IMG/VR virus record: IMGVR_UViG_3300033153_005557
Coordinates: 1-55,111 of that record
Source: a virus
Lineage: Duplodnaviria > Caudoviricetes
Strand: one strand, 5' to 3'
Length of the DNA stretch: 55,111 bases
Positions 47,611-55,111 of the stretch are shown here, piece after piece (the stretch's first letter is position 1; every line of letters starts with the position of its first letter). The notes beneath the pieces are model-generated. The model ran no database searches. It was not told the DNA's origin and was given only the letters and a program-made list of their open reading frames with translations. The position numbers and the translations under genes were made by a program.

Positions 47611-47899
47611 AAATTTAACAATTTTTCTCGTATTCGTGCCGATTTAGCCGCGTTGTATTTCTCACCTACCTGCGTGTAACAGTCGGAAACCTCGTCTCCG
47701 AGCTGTTTTGCCATACGACGCAGCTTATCTATCGCATTATCATATTGTCCCATTGTATCTCCGATAAAATTAATGGTGTCGGGCTATTCACCACGACCCG
47801 ACACCAAAAGAAAGAATTTGAATGCCGCCGTTTTTATCTTACCACCACGCACGGCTGGGTGGCTTTAAGGAGCCTCTATCATGAACTAATAGAGAACTT

Positions 47900-48202
47900 T
47901 CAATTATTCGGGTCGGCAACGATAATCCGGCTTGGTACTACCTGTGCTTCTATTGGGTGATATATATTAAGCCTTTCGAAGACCTTGCTTATCAATTGGC
48001 GATTATATACGGTGTTATACGCGATCTGTACGTCTAAACCGTCTCCATACGCCTTTATCCAACTGGCGTGTGTTGGTACTAGCTGTTGTTCGATGGGCTT
48101 GATGGTACTCGTTTTGCCCATTTCTCTACCGAGAAGGAACAATGTACCGCACAACAACACTATTCCTACTATTAAGAGTATATTTTGTCCTTGTTGCTTC
48201 AT
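47900..48202 (-). CDS. Membrane-anchored hypothetical protein
   Basis: ATGA coupling and N-terminal TM helix. Confidence 0.6.
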   Translation of the reverse strand: MKQQGQNILLIVGIVLLCGTLFLLGREMGKTSTIKPIEQQLVPTHASWIKAYGDGLDVQIAYNTVYNRQLISKVFERLNIYHPIEAQVVPSRIIVADPNN

Positions 48203-48555
48203 CTGTTGCCTTTCTCTAGGTTTTGTTTGGTTTCTTCCGATATGCTGTCGGTGACATCCTTGCCGGTTTCGTCGAAGTATCGTACTTCTTTGCGGATTAC
48301 CTTCGCTTTTTCTATTATTTCTAGACAGAAAAACGGATACCACCAAAAAATACACTTATTGCCTGAATCCAATTGTATCCCAGATTGGTCCTGAATAGCC
48401 TTTACGATACAAGTTTCCCCAACAATACTTTTACCTCCAGGTTCACAATTCCATCCCATTTCATACGATTTAGGGTACCGAAGAACTTTTACTTTGTCTC
48501 CAACACCAATGCCATATTTATCCTGCATTACTATATACGCTTTTTTAATGTCCAT
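48199..48555 (-). CDS. KOW/SH3-like protein (paralog of 53652..53990)
   Basis: GIGVGDKVKVLR..SYEMG...PFFCLEIIE...EVRYF..GKD.T.SISEET. Confidence 0.75.
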   Translation of the reverse strand: MDIKKAYIVMQDKYGIGVGDKVKVLRYPKSYEMGWNCEPGGKSIVGETCIVKAIQDQSGIQLDSGNKCIFWWYPFFCLEIIEKAKVIRKEVRYFDETGKDVTDSISEETKQNLEKGNR

Positions 48556-48698
48556 TCGCTACCTTTCTTAAACTACCTCTTTTTTTTGTTTGAATATTTT
48601 GTATTTCACTACTTCAGTGTAGATTTTTATGCAATTGTGGACCAATAGACAATTAACAACCACTAGCCCAATATTTGCTAACAACATAACATTTTCAC

Positions 48699-49178
48699 TC
48701 ATAGACACGGTTTCCTTTTACAGTCATACATTGTATTAAACTTATTGAAGAAAATCAACTCACAAGCGTTAAGAAACTCCATATACGCCTCCGGGGTCAA
48801 CGCCTCGGTTGATATAACGTGATATCCGTCTACCGTACCCAATATTGTCCGCTTCAGGTCTTCTTTGACCTCTGCGAGTGTATAATACGGCTTTGACTCA
48901 CCAGACGCGGCTTCATTTAACGCCTTCTGGAACGCGGGAACAATGACGCCATGAAAGAAATTACGCATTGGCTCTCTGTCCCAGTCGATAATTTCGATGA
49001 AATTAACGGCAACATGCTTGATTCCGTCTTCTTTCATCTCTTTTATCAACTCGGTAAAATCAACTCCGGGAAAGATATCCGCCTTCTGTGCGGCATCCGG
49101 CGAGAACTCTGTGAAGAATTCCCACCGCCGTGCACGTATTTTACCGCCACTGTCGTTATCTGTGGTTTTACTAGTCAT
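48699..49178 (-). CDS. NinB/Orf-like recombination protein
   Basis: FFHGVIV...EVKEDLK...STEALT..AYMEFL. Confidence 0.55.
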   Translation of the reverse strand: MTSKTTDNDSGGKIRARRWEFFTEFSPDAAQKADIFPGVDFTELIKEMKEDGIKHVAVNFIEIIDWDREPMRNFFHGVIVPAFQKALNEAASGESKPYYTLAEVKEDLKRTILGTVDGYHVISTEALTPEAYMEFLNACELIFFNKFNTMYDCKRKPCL

Positions 49179-49560
49179 CGTCTTCCTCTGGCTTTAGCAC
49201 CAAAGTCTCCACATACGTCTCTCGCAGGTCTTTTAATGCTTCCGGCATCTTTATGTTACCTTCAATATAAAGGTCACTGACGGCAGCGACAAGCGTTGCT
49301 ACGGCCTTCTGGTCGATTGGTGTAAACTCACGTGCTGCTGAAGCTCTTCTCCGAAGCCATTTTATACCAAGCTCAAGCGTAATGCTCATGAGATTGGCGA
49401 GAACAACCTTGTTGCCACACAACGTGCTTACGATTACCAGGGCCTGGTCCTTTGTGATCGAGCCATCCTCGATGATTTCTTTATTTGCTTCTGCCCAGCC
49501 CCATATTTGTACTCTGTTTGCCAATGATAATCTATTCTGTCCGTGTTTCGTCTTCTCCAT
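49171..49560 (-). CDS. Hypothetical protein coupled to the E1 gene
   Basis: Overlaps the 3' end of the E1 gene. Confidence 0.65.
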   Translation of the reverse strand: MEKTKHGQNRLSLANRVQIWGWAEANKEIIEDGSITKDQALVIVSTLCGNKVVLANLMSITLELGIKWLRRRASAAREFTPIDQKAVATLVAAVSDLYIEGNIKMPEALKDLRETYVETLVLKPEEDDD

Positions 49561-50263
49561 CTGCTTGTGCCCTTTCGTCTATTTCTATTGGTATAATATC
49601 TGTAACGACCATCTCGTTTGCCAGCAGATTTAACTGTATATCTGCGTCAACCGGATAGTCCCGTAAAAACTTGGTGAACTGGCTTACCATTATCCCCGCA
49701 GCCACATTAGCACAGTATATCGTGCTACGTGCGGTACAAGAGCCTTGATAAGCCTCTTCTGGTGTAAACAACGTTGTTGGGTAATATTTTCTACTATCAT
49801 AGTCCGATGCTGTAATGACTCGCAGCGTCTCTGCTGACATACGTCCGTCAACAAAGAACTCCGTTTTTGCTTGTACCGCGTCCCATATCTCTTTCCGAGT
49901 AGATATTGAGTCTACGCAACAAAAGACACATGAATGTATCTGTTCGTTTGAGGTAAACCTAGACTCATACGTAGCAACCATTATAGATTTGTTTATCGTT
50001 TGGCACCGGTATTTTACTGAATCCACCTTGTAACGGCCAATATCGTCTTCTTCGAATCCCTGTGTCACACAATTAACCTCTTCTATTTTGTCATGATCGA
50101 AGAGTTGTATCTCCGGAACACCGATAGAAGCCAACATTAATGCTACCTGGCGGCCAATCGCACCAACACCGATTACGGTCACCTTTGAAGCAAGAATACG
50201 GTCACGAGGTACAACATCGTTTTGTCGAGAATATCGGTCTTCAGTTGTATCTTCAATATCCAT
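49532..50263 (-). CDS. ThiF/E1-like Ubl-activating adenylyltransferase
   Basis: RYSRQ, VIGVGAIG, D.D.IE..N..TQ, G..KV, CVDS..TR, DGRM, and a candidate catalytic Cys in SCTAR. Confidence 0.92.
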   Translation of the reverse strand: MDIEDTTEDRYSRQNDVVPRDRILASKVTVIGVGAIGRQVALMLASIGVPEIQLFDHDKIEEVNCVTQGFEEDDIGRYKVDSVKYRCQTINKSIMVATYESRFTSNEQIHSCVFCCVDSISTRKEIWDAVQAKTEFFVDGRMSAETLRVITASDYDSRKYYPTTLFTPEEAYQGSCTARSTIYCANVAAGIMVSQFTKFLRDYPVDADIQLNLLANEMVVTDIIPIEIDERAQADGEDETRTE

Positions 50264-50957
50264 ATTTTCTTACCCTTTCTTCATATGTCAGCTTGTTATA
50301 ATCATCCCAGTATGCATCTTCTTCTGAGATAATCACCTCACTGCCGTCAAGAACGTTACCGCTTATGGCCTTCTGTTTACGACGTTCTTCATCTTTTATT
50401 GCCTGCTGCTGATGCCACGAAAGGTTTGTACGAACATATACAAGAGCTACTTCCGTTTTCTCATCGTATTCCTCTTTCCAGGCGGCAAAGTCGGTTGCAT
50501 TAAACGGAACCGAGTAATCTACGACAACGGGTAACTTAATTGTTCCACCCGGTCCAGCACTGAATCTTAACCGGCAATATACTTCTTCATCTGAAGAGAC
50601 AATACACATAATGGACCAGTCACAAGAACTAAATACCCGTTCAAACGTTTCTTCGTCTATAAAGCTTGGTAATGCCGACATACCCGGATGCGTATGAACC
50701 CAGATACGAGCAAATTGTGACGGATGCAAACCCGCTTCTACCATATCTTCAAAATAATCCGCGACACCCTCGTCATCAAAATCCACCGAAGCCGTACTTA
50801 CTTCCTGTTTTACAAGTTTTATGTCTTCTATCAACAACAAGTCATCCTTGTTGCTGATACCAAACGCACCTACCTCATTTTTTGTCAAATCTCGCAAGTA
50901 AACAAGCTTTGCCCATGCCGTAGGTGTAAACTTTAACTCTATGATCTTTTTTAACAT
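50253..50957 (-). CDS. JAB/MPN+ metallo-isopeptidase
   Basis: EVGAFG...HTHP-x6-S-x2-D (HTHPGMSALPSFID). Confidence 0.9.
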   Translation of the reverse strand: MLKKIIELKFTPTAWAKLVYLRDLTKNEVGAFGISNKDDLLLIEDIKLVKQEVSTASVDFDDEGVADYFEDMVEAGLHPSQFARIWVHTHPGMSALPSFIDEETFERVFSSCDWSIMCIVSSDEEVYCRLRFSAGPGGTIKLPVVVDYSVPFNATDFAAWKEEYDEKTEVALVYVRTNLSWHQQQAIKDEERRKQKAISGNVLDGSEVIISEEDAYWDDYNKLTYEERVRKYGY

Positions 50958-52111
50958 TAACTACTCCTTTCATCTACAACCCTACCGGTTGTAACAGGTG
51001 TCGAAGCAAACCCTACGGACACCGGTGTGGCATTTTCTCGTTGCGATTGACACCTACCACAGCTACAACCGGCTTCTGCTCCACCAACGGCGGGATACTT
51101 TATTGCTTTTTCGTCTCTTGTTTTACAACTCTTACATACACCGTCTTCGATGTGTTTTGGGCAAAAATAATATGAACAACGGTTACACTTAAGCTTCGGT
51201 GAACACTCCACACAGACTACGTTAGAGCAAACATAACAAGTTCTAATACAAGCTGTACAAAAAGATTTTCCACAGACAAAACACTTGTCGTCGCATTTAG
51301 GACAGACATTACTGCCACACTTTGAGCATTCTTTTACATTATAATCACCATCATTAAAGAAATACTCACACCGTGGACACCTAGTATGCGTCCATTCTTC
51401 TATCTGTACATACGGGTCTTGTTCGTTGTATGTACGTAACCACTGGCAAAGAACGGTAAATAAATCATATATTCTACCGTCTTTTGCCGCATTGTTTATC
51501 AGTGTTGCCGCCTCACCAAGGCATATATCTTCTGGAGACACATGTGGATGTGTATAATGACTTCCACTTTGTGGGTTAACAGGTTCTTTCGCCTGTACCC
51601 ATACAACGTCAGACGCACAATAGTTCCTTCCAAACCGAGAAGTATCAACGCTCATCTCGAATGGGCCGAGATTTACGCCACATAATACAATCGGTTCTGT
51701 GGTGAAACATACACGACTGCTATCAGCACGAAAAGTACCAGGAAACTCTTTATCCAAGGCACAAAAGTCCTCGAATATTTCCGAGGCACTTATTTTTACC
51801 TCAAGAGTGCAATTGGAATACTGCTCTAAAGCACCCAAAGCTCTATATATTGTTTGCTGGTAAGTAGTTATTTCCTGGCGAGAATTTCGTCTATCATTTT
51901 CACCAAGAGAAACATACGCAGCCAAATGCTTCGCAAACGCATCTAACGCGAAAACCGTATCTGCAAAATATCTATTGAAATGCTCTTTATGAACTATTGC
52001 CTGTGCACCGGCCGAAGCGAATATTTTATTTGTCATACACGCAAAAATGTAATATTTATCAAAGACCGGACTATCTAATGCAATCTGGTCTATTCTGAGT
52101 AATGTTGCCAC
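50957..52111 (-). CDS. Prokaryotic E2-like conjugating enzyme fused to a multi-CxxC zinc-binding array
   Basis: HPHV-x4-ICLG...LRTYN..DPY followed by about 10 CxxC/CxxH pairs. GTG start with AGGAG RBS. Confidence 0.78.
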   Translation of the reverse strand: MATLLRIDQIALDSPVFDKYYIFACMTNKIFASAGAQAIVHKEHFNRYFADTVFALDAFAKHLAAYVSLGENDRRNSRQEITTYQQTIYRALGALEQYSNCTLEVKISASEIFEDFCALDKEFPGTFRADSSRVCFTTEPIVLCGVNLGPFEMSVDTSRFGRNYCASDVVWVQAKEPVNPQSGSHYTHPHVSPEDICLGEAATLINNAAKDGRIYDLFTVLCQWLRTYNEQDPYVQIEEWTHTRCPRCEYFFNDGDYNVKECSKCGSNVCPKCDDKCFVCGKSFCTACIRTCYVCSNVVCVECSPKLKCNRCSYYFCPKHIEDGVCKSCKTRDEKAIKYPAVGGAEAGCSCGRCQSQRENATPVSVGFASTPVTTGRVVDERSS

Positions 52112-52146
52112 CGTAAATCTCCTTCATTGTTTAACATAAACAATAG

Positions 52147-52179
52147 ATGTGAGGCATGGCATACAGCCATACCCCACAT
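52147..52179 (-). terminator. 14-bp hairpin between the Ubl and E2 genes
   Basis: ATGTGGGGTATGGC-TGTAT-GCCATGCCTCACAT with a weak U tract. Confidence 0.5.
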
Positions 52180-52191
52180 AACACGTTGCTG

Positions 52192-52422
52192 TTAACGACT
52201 TGCACCATCAATTTTTGTTGGTGTGATAGCGATACGGTCGTTTGCGACTAGTACCTGGTCACGAGACGTCTGCTGGCGGTTAACCCGAATCATGAAATTT
52301 TCCGGTTCTCTGCCAGGCATTTTTTCCTTGAAAAACGCGTCTACCGTTATTCCGCTTGCGATATTCAGTGTGTCGCAATATCCGCCACCATCGTTGTTAA
52401 TGTACGTGATCTGAATACTCAT
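52192..52422 (-). CDS. Ubiquitin-like beta-grasp protein (ThiS/MoaD-like) with C-terminal G-ASR
   Basis: 76 aa with ITV..F, IRVN, L..NDRIAI beta-grasp pattern. Adjacent to E2, JAB and E1. Confidence 0.85.
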   Translation of the reverse strand: MSIQITYINNDGGGYCDTLNIASGITVDAFFKEKMPGREPENFMIRVNRQQTSRDQVLVANDRIAITPTKIDGASR

Positions 52423-52510
52423 GCTACTTTCCCTTCAAGAAAGGTTGTGTGACATTCCATGCCACAAAATACCCCGTATAAGCCACGCGACTTCTTGGGG
52501 CGTTAGTTTT

Positions 52511-52960
52511 TTACTCGGTTGCGAAGCAACGTTTTGTCCAATCTTGTAAAAACGTCTCTACCGCCAACTGATCTTCTGCTGATGTTCCCTTGTGTATCTG
52601 GCCGCCCTGGATGGCCGCTGCGACGAGAAGTGTCATTATCTTGCCTCGGGCCTCTTTATCAAAGTTACGGCCTTCAGCGGCTTGCTGCGCTCCTGACGGA
52701 GCTTGCTGACTTCCACCACCGCCACCTTCAAACTGCGGATTAACCTTTTTGAACTTCATGCCGTGTTCCGCGTTCATAATGGCCTCAACAATGATCTCTT
52801 GACCGACAACCAGTGGATAGCTGGCAGATTTAGAATTAATCCCGCCAGTAAGCATACCCTGTTCGTCTTCAATGGTCATCTTGAACGCGTACAGCCTACC
52901 ATGTGCTGTTACAAAGTCTCCATCTGGTTGTATATCTCTGATGATTCCTGTTCTTTGCAT
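52511..52960 (-). CDS. Putative single-stranded DNA-binding (OB-fold) protein
   Basis: Beta-rich N-terminal domain, Gly/Gln linker, and proximity to the exonuclease. Confidence 0.55.
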   Translation of the reverse strand: MQRTGIIRDIQPDGDFVTAHGRLYAFKMTIEDEQGMLTGGINSKSASYPLVVGQEIIVEAIMNAEHGMKFKKVNPQFEGGGGGSQQAPSGAQQAAEGRNFDKEARGKIMTLLVAAAIQGGQIHKGTSAEDQLAVETFLQDWTKRCFATE

Positions 52961-52977
52961 CTGTACCCTTTCCTGTA

Positions 52978-53322
52978 TTATTCGTCCAGTAATTCTAGTT
53001 TATGATCAACTCTATGCCATCGCCAGTCCTTGCCGTTGGCGTGAGGGAAGACTAGCCATGCTTCTTCTTTCTCACAGTGGTCGAAATAAACCTCATCAGA
53101 TTTATCATCTTCCAGTATGTAGCCTTGATCGTTAAATGGCATAGCATCATTGGGACAATCGGCGTCTTTGGGTTGTTCAGCAAACTCTATGCATCCGACC
53201 TTTTTACATATCCCAAGACTTGCGGGCGATACATGGGCTGCGCCACCACTACTGTCTTTTGCGATATAAACCGCACCCGGCGTGTAGTCTATCATTGATT
53301 TCACTAGCTTCTTCTTTGCCAT
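52978..53322 (-). CDS. Hypothetical protein (distant paralog of 2089..2523)
   Basis: YI..DS...V....G..K..GC and A.LV....W.W......L...E. Confidence 0.65.
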   Translation of the reverse strand: MAKKKLVKSMIDYTPGAVYIAKDSSGGAAHVSPASLGICKKVGCIEFAEQPKDADCPNDAMPFNDQGYILEDDKSDEVYFDHCEKEEAWLVFPHANGKDWRWHRVDHKLELLDE

Positions 53323-53343
53323 CTTTTTCCCTTCTGAATCTAT

Positions 53344-53637
53344 CTATGATATTTCTGTTACAGCTACTACTTCATCTTCTCCACGAAGACGAATAGCTCT
53401 TACGCCCTGGCAATTACGTCCGGTTTCACGGATATGACCTACCTTAACCCGAACACTATAACCACGCTTTGTTACAATTAGCATATCTCTGCTTTCACAG
53501 GGATTAATCGCGGCCACTACGTCTCCGTTTCTGTCTGACGTTCTGACAGCCATGACACCTACACGGCTAAGACGCATGGTAGGGAAATTGTACGCAGGTG
53601 TACGTACTATATACCCGTTTTTAGTTACAAAAATCAT
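53344..53637 (-). CDS. Stand-alone DNA gyrase A C-terminal beta-pinwheel repeat protein (2 blades)
   Basis: VTKNGYIVR...GVMAVR...DVVAA and VTKRGYSVR..IRETGRNCQGVRAIRL..DEVVAV. Own AGGAG RBS. Confidence 0.85.
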   Translation of the reverse strand: MIFVTKNGYIVRTPAYNFPTMRLSRVGVMAVRTSDRNGDVVAAINPCESRDMLIVTKRGYSVRVKVGHIRETGRNCQGVRAIRLRGEDEVVAVTEIS

Positions 53638-53651
53638 GTTTTTCTCCTATT

Positions 53652-53990
53652 CTATTTATGTAAGTTTCGTCTGGTTTCTTCGCTGATGCTACCCGTGATG
53701 TCTTTACCATCGCAGAAATACCTTACTTCAATGGTTTTGACTGACTCAATGATTTCAAGCACAAAGAATGGGAAATAGTCATAACATCCACTGGTGTCTA
53801 GTCTAATATCACCATCACGGTGCACTCTGGTAACAGTAAATACCTTTCCTACTGCATTATCTTTACTTATGTCATGGATAGCATGACACCCCATTTCGTA
53901 AGAACTAAACCTTCTCAGTACTTTTACTCTGTCACCAACTTTAATACCGCTTCTTTTTGACATTACATTATAAGCATTTTCGGTTGCCAT
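53652..53990 (-). CDS. KOW/SH3-like protein (paralog of 48199..48555)
   Basis: GIKVGDRVKVLR..SYEMG...PFFVLEIIE. AGGAG RBS. Confidence 0.75.
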   Translation of the reverse strand: MATENAYNVMSKRSGIKVGDRVKVLRRFSSYEMGCHAIHDISKDNAVGKVFTVTRVHRDGDIRLDTSGCYDYFPFFVLEIIESVKTIEVRYFCDGKDITGSISEETRRNLHK

Positions 53991-53998
53991 AATTTCTC

Positions 53999-54850
53999 CT
54001 ATACTGGGCGATACCCAGCTTGCTGTGCGTACGGGCATACGGATACAACTTGGCAATAATACTTGCACTTAATATCTTCCGCACGACGGTTAATGGCGGC
54101 TTTCGACTGTGCCGCCGGTTTCATTTGATTAAAATACGTTAACGCGTCCGCATAATTGTCTGTAACTCGCAGAGCTCGCTTACGGTCGCGACGTTCCACG
54201 GCAAACTTAACAGACCCAAAGTTCCGTTCTTCCATTGTACACGGTCTCTCTGGCTGTGCTGTGTGATCTATGATACGGTTAGCAATAAAGGCGAATACTT
54301 CATTTCGTAGCTTTACAGCTACCTCACGCGTTTGCATCATACACTGTGGCTTTGTGTGGTCACGAGCGGCACCAATAGTGGTAAAATCCTTAAGAAACAT
54401 CCGTACAAATAGCTTAAAATGGTCTTCCGGCACCATTGCACCAAGTAAAATCCGATAGATATTCAACTGCCATTGGTAATCTGTTTTTACCGGGTAGTTC
54501 ATATGGCTTATCATGCCGGTCTTGTTATCCTTGATATGCGTCATATTGGGGTCAATAAGTAAAGTTTCGTCTATTGTACCGAATATATTGCACTCCGGAA
54601 CACCGTTATCTTCCGCGATACAGATATTAACTCTTTGCTCATACGCAACAGTGCTTGTTGTCTCGCCCTCACACAGCTTGTGGAAGGCAGTACCAAACAT
54701 CATCGGTAAATAGAAGCTACAGTCAATAATTAGCTCGTCGCTGTCTCTGTGCCTCGCAAACAATGTTTTCGGCAACGGTGCACCGATTAGCTCCGTTACA
54801 CGGAAGTTTATATCACCGGTGTCTTGGTCGTCTTCATACGGATTATGCAT
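53999..54850 (-). CDS. Cas4/RecB-like PD-(D/E)xK exonuclease
   Basis: GTAFH, E.R, GTID...DNKT, QLNIY, and C-terminal C..YC.V...C. Confidence 0.8.
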   Translation of the reverse strand: MHNPYEDDQDTGDINFRVTELIGAPLPKTLFARHRDSDELIIDCSFYLPMMFGTAFHKLCEGETTSTVAYEQRVNICIAEDNGVPECNIFGTIDETLLIDPNMTHIKDNKTGMISHMNYPVKTDYQWQLNIYRILLGAMVPEDHFKLFVRMFLKDFTTIGAARDHTKPQCMMQTREVAVKLRNEVFAFIANRIIDHTAQPERPCTMEERNFGSVKFAVERRDRKRALRVTDNYADALTYFNQMKPAAQSKAAINRRAEDIKCKYYCQVVSVCPYAQQAGYRPV

Positions 54851-54915
54851 GATGTCTTGTAAAATCTTATTATATACTACTTTTGGGATATTAAATTTAT
54901 TAGTTAATAAAATAT

Positions 54916-55111
54916 CTATTTTCCTTTCTTACCCGTCTCACGGTCTTCGTCCGTGGCATACATACAGCCCGTTGGTTTGATATCCAGTACGGAGAACAAC
55001 TCCAACGCCTTTTGTATGTTTGCTACGGTTAGTTTCAATGATGTATCCCATTCGATATGGTCGAGCACCTGGTCTACTATCCACTGCTCTATACAACACA
55101 ACTCAAACCAT
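54916..55111 (-). CDS. 3' part of the junction-spanning hypothetical protein
   Basis: In frame with ATG at 224 across the terminal repeat. Confidence 0.7.
   Translation of the reverse strand, partial: WFELCCIEQWIVDQVLDHIEWDTSLKLTVANIQKALELFSVLDIKPTGCMYATDEDRETGKKGK
54998..55111. repeat. Direct terminal repeat, copy 2
   Basis: Identical to 1-114. It falls inside an ORF, so it is more likely an assembly overlap than a biological terminal repeat. Confidence 0.97.

Noticed and set aside
49532-52422. ThiS/ThiF as auxiliary thiamine or molybdopterin biosynthesis genes
   Set aside because: No ThiG, MoaE or other pathway genes are present, and the E2-like and JAB partners point to conjugation.
53999-54850. 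Cas4-like nuclease as part of a CRISPR system
   Set aside because: No repeat-spacer array or other cas genes were seen. Solo Cas4-like nucleases are common phage recombination enzymes.
1-55111. Stop-codon reassignment, diversity-generating retroelement or integrase
   Set aside because: Genes are intact in the standard code and TAA, TAG and TGA are all used as stops. No reverse transcriptase or recombinase motifs were recognised.

Overview
The window appears to be a complete circular (or circularly permuted) dsDNA phage genome of about 54,997 bp. Bases 1-114 repeat at 54998-55111, and an ORF reads through the junction. Essentially all credible genes are on the minus strand. In transcription order there are three blocks. 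(1) An early region of small ORFs behind a thrice-repeated promoter-like motif (~7600 down to 1). (2) A recombination/replication region (54850 down to 40776) with a Cas4-like PD-(D/E)xK nuclease, SSB-like and NinB-like proteins, a replication initiator fragment, a DnaB-like helicase, RusA and a primase. (3) A ~33 kb podovirus-type late operon (40624 down to 7927) with fibre-like proteins, TerS, TerL, portal, scaffold, capsid, adaptors, nozzle, a GNAT protein and four ejection proteins. I recognised no DNA polymerase, RNA polymerase, integrase or canonical endolysin. The best candidate for a novel system is a compact phage-encoded ubiquitin-like conjugation operon (Ubl, E2/Zn-finger fusion, JAB protease, E1) at 49532-52422. 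Other highlights are a large terminase split into ATPase and nuclease genes with a Tad1-type anti-defence sponge gene inserted between them, an atypical class-3-like intein (Glu1, Cys-Asn end) in the Walker A motif, a stand-alone two-blade GyrA C-terminal-domain protein, candidate structured ncRNAs and a possible +1 frameshift. The host is tentatively Planctomycetota, inferred from recalled family resemblance. All family calls come from visual motif recognition, with no database searches run.
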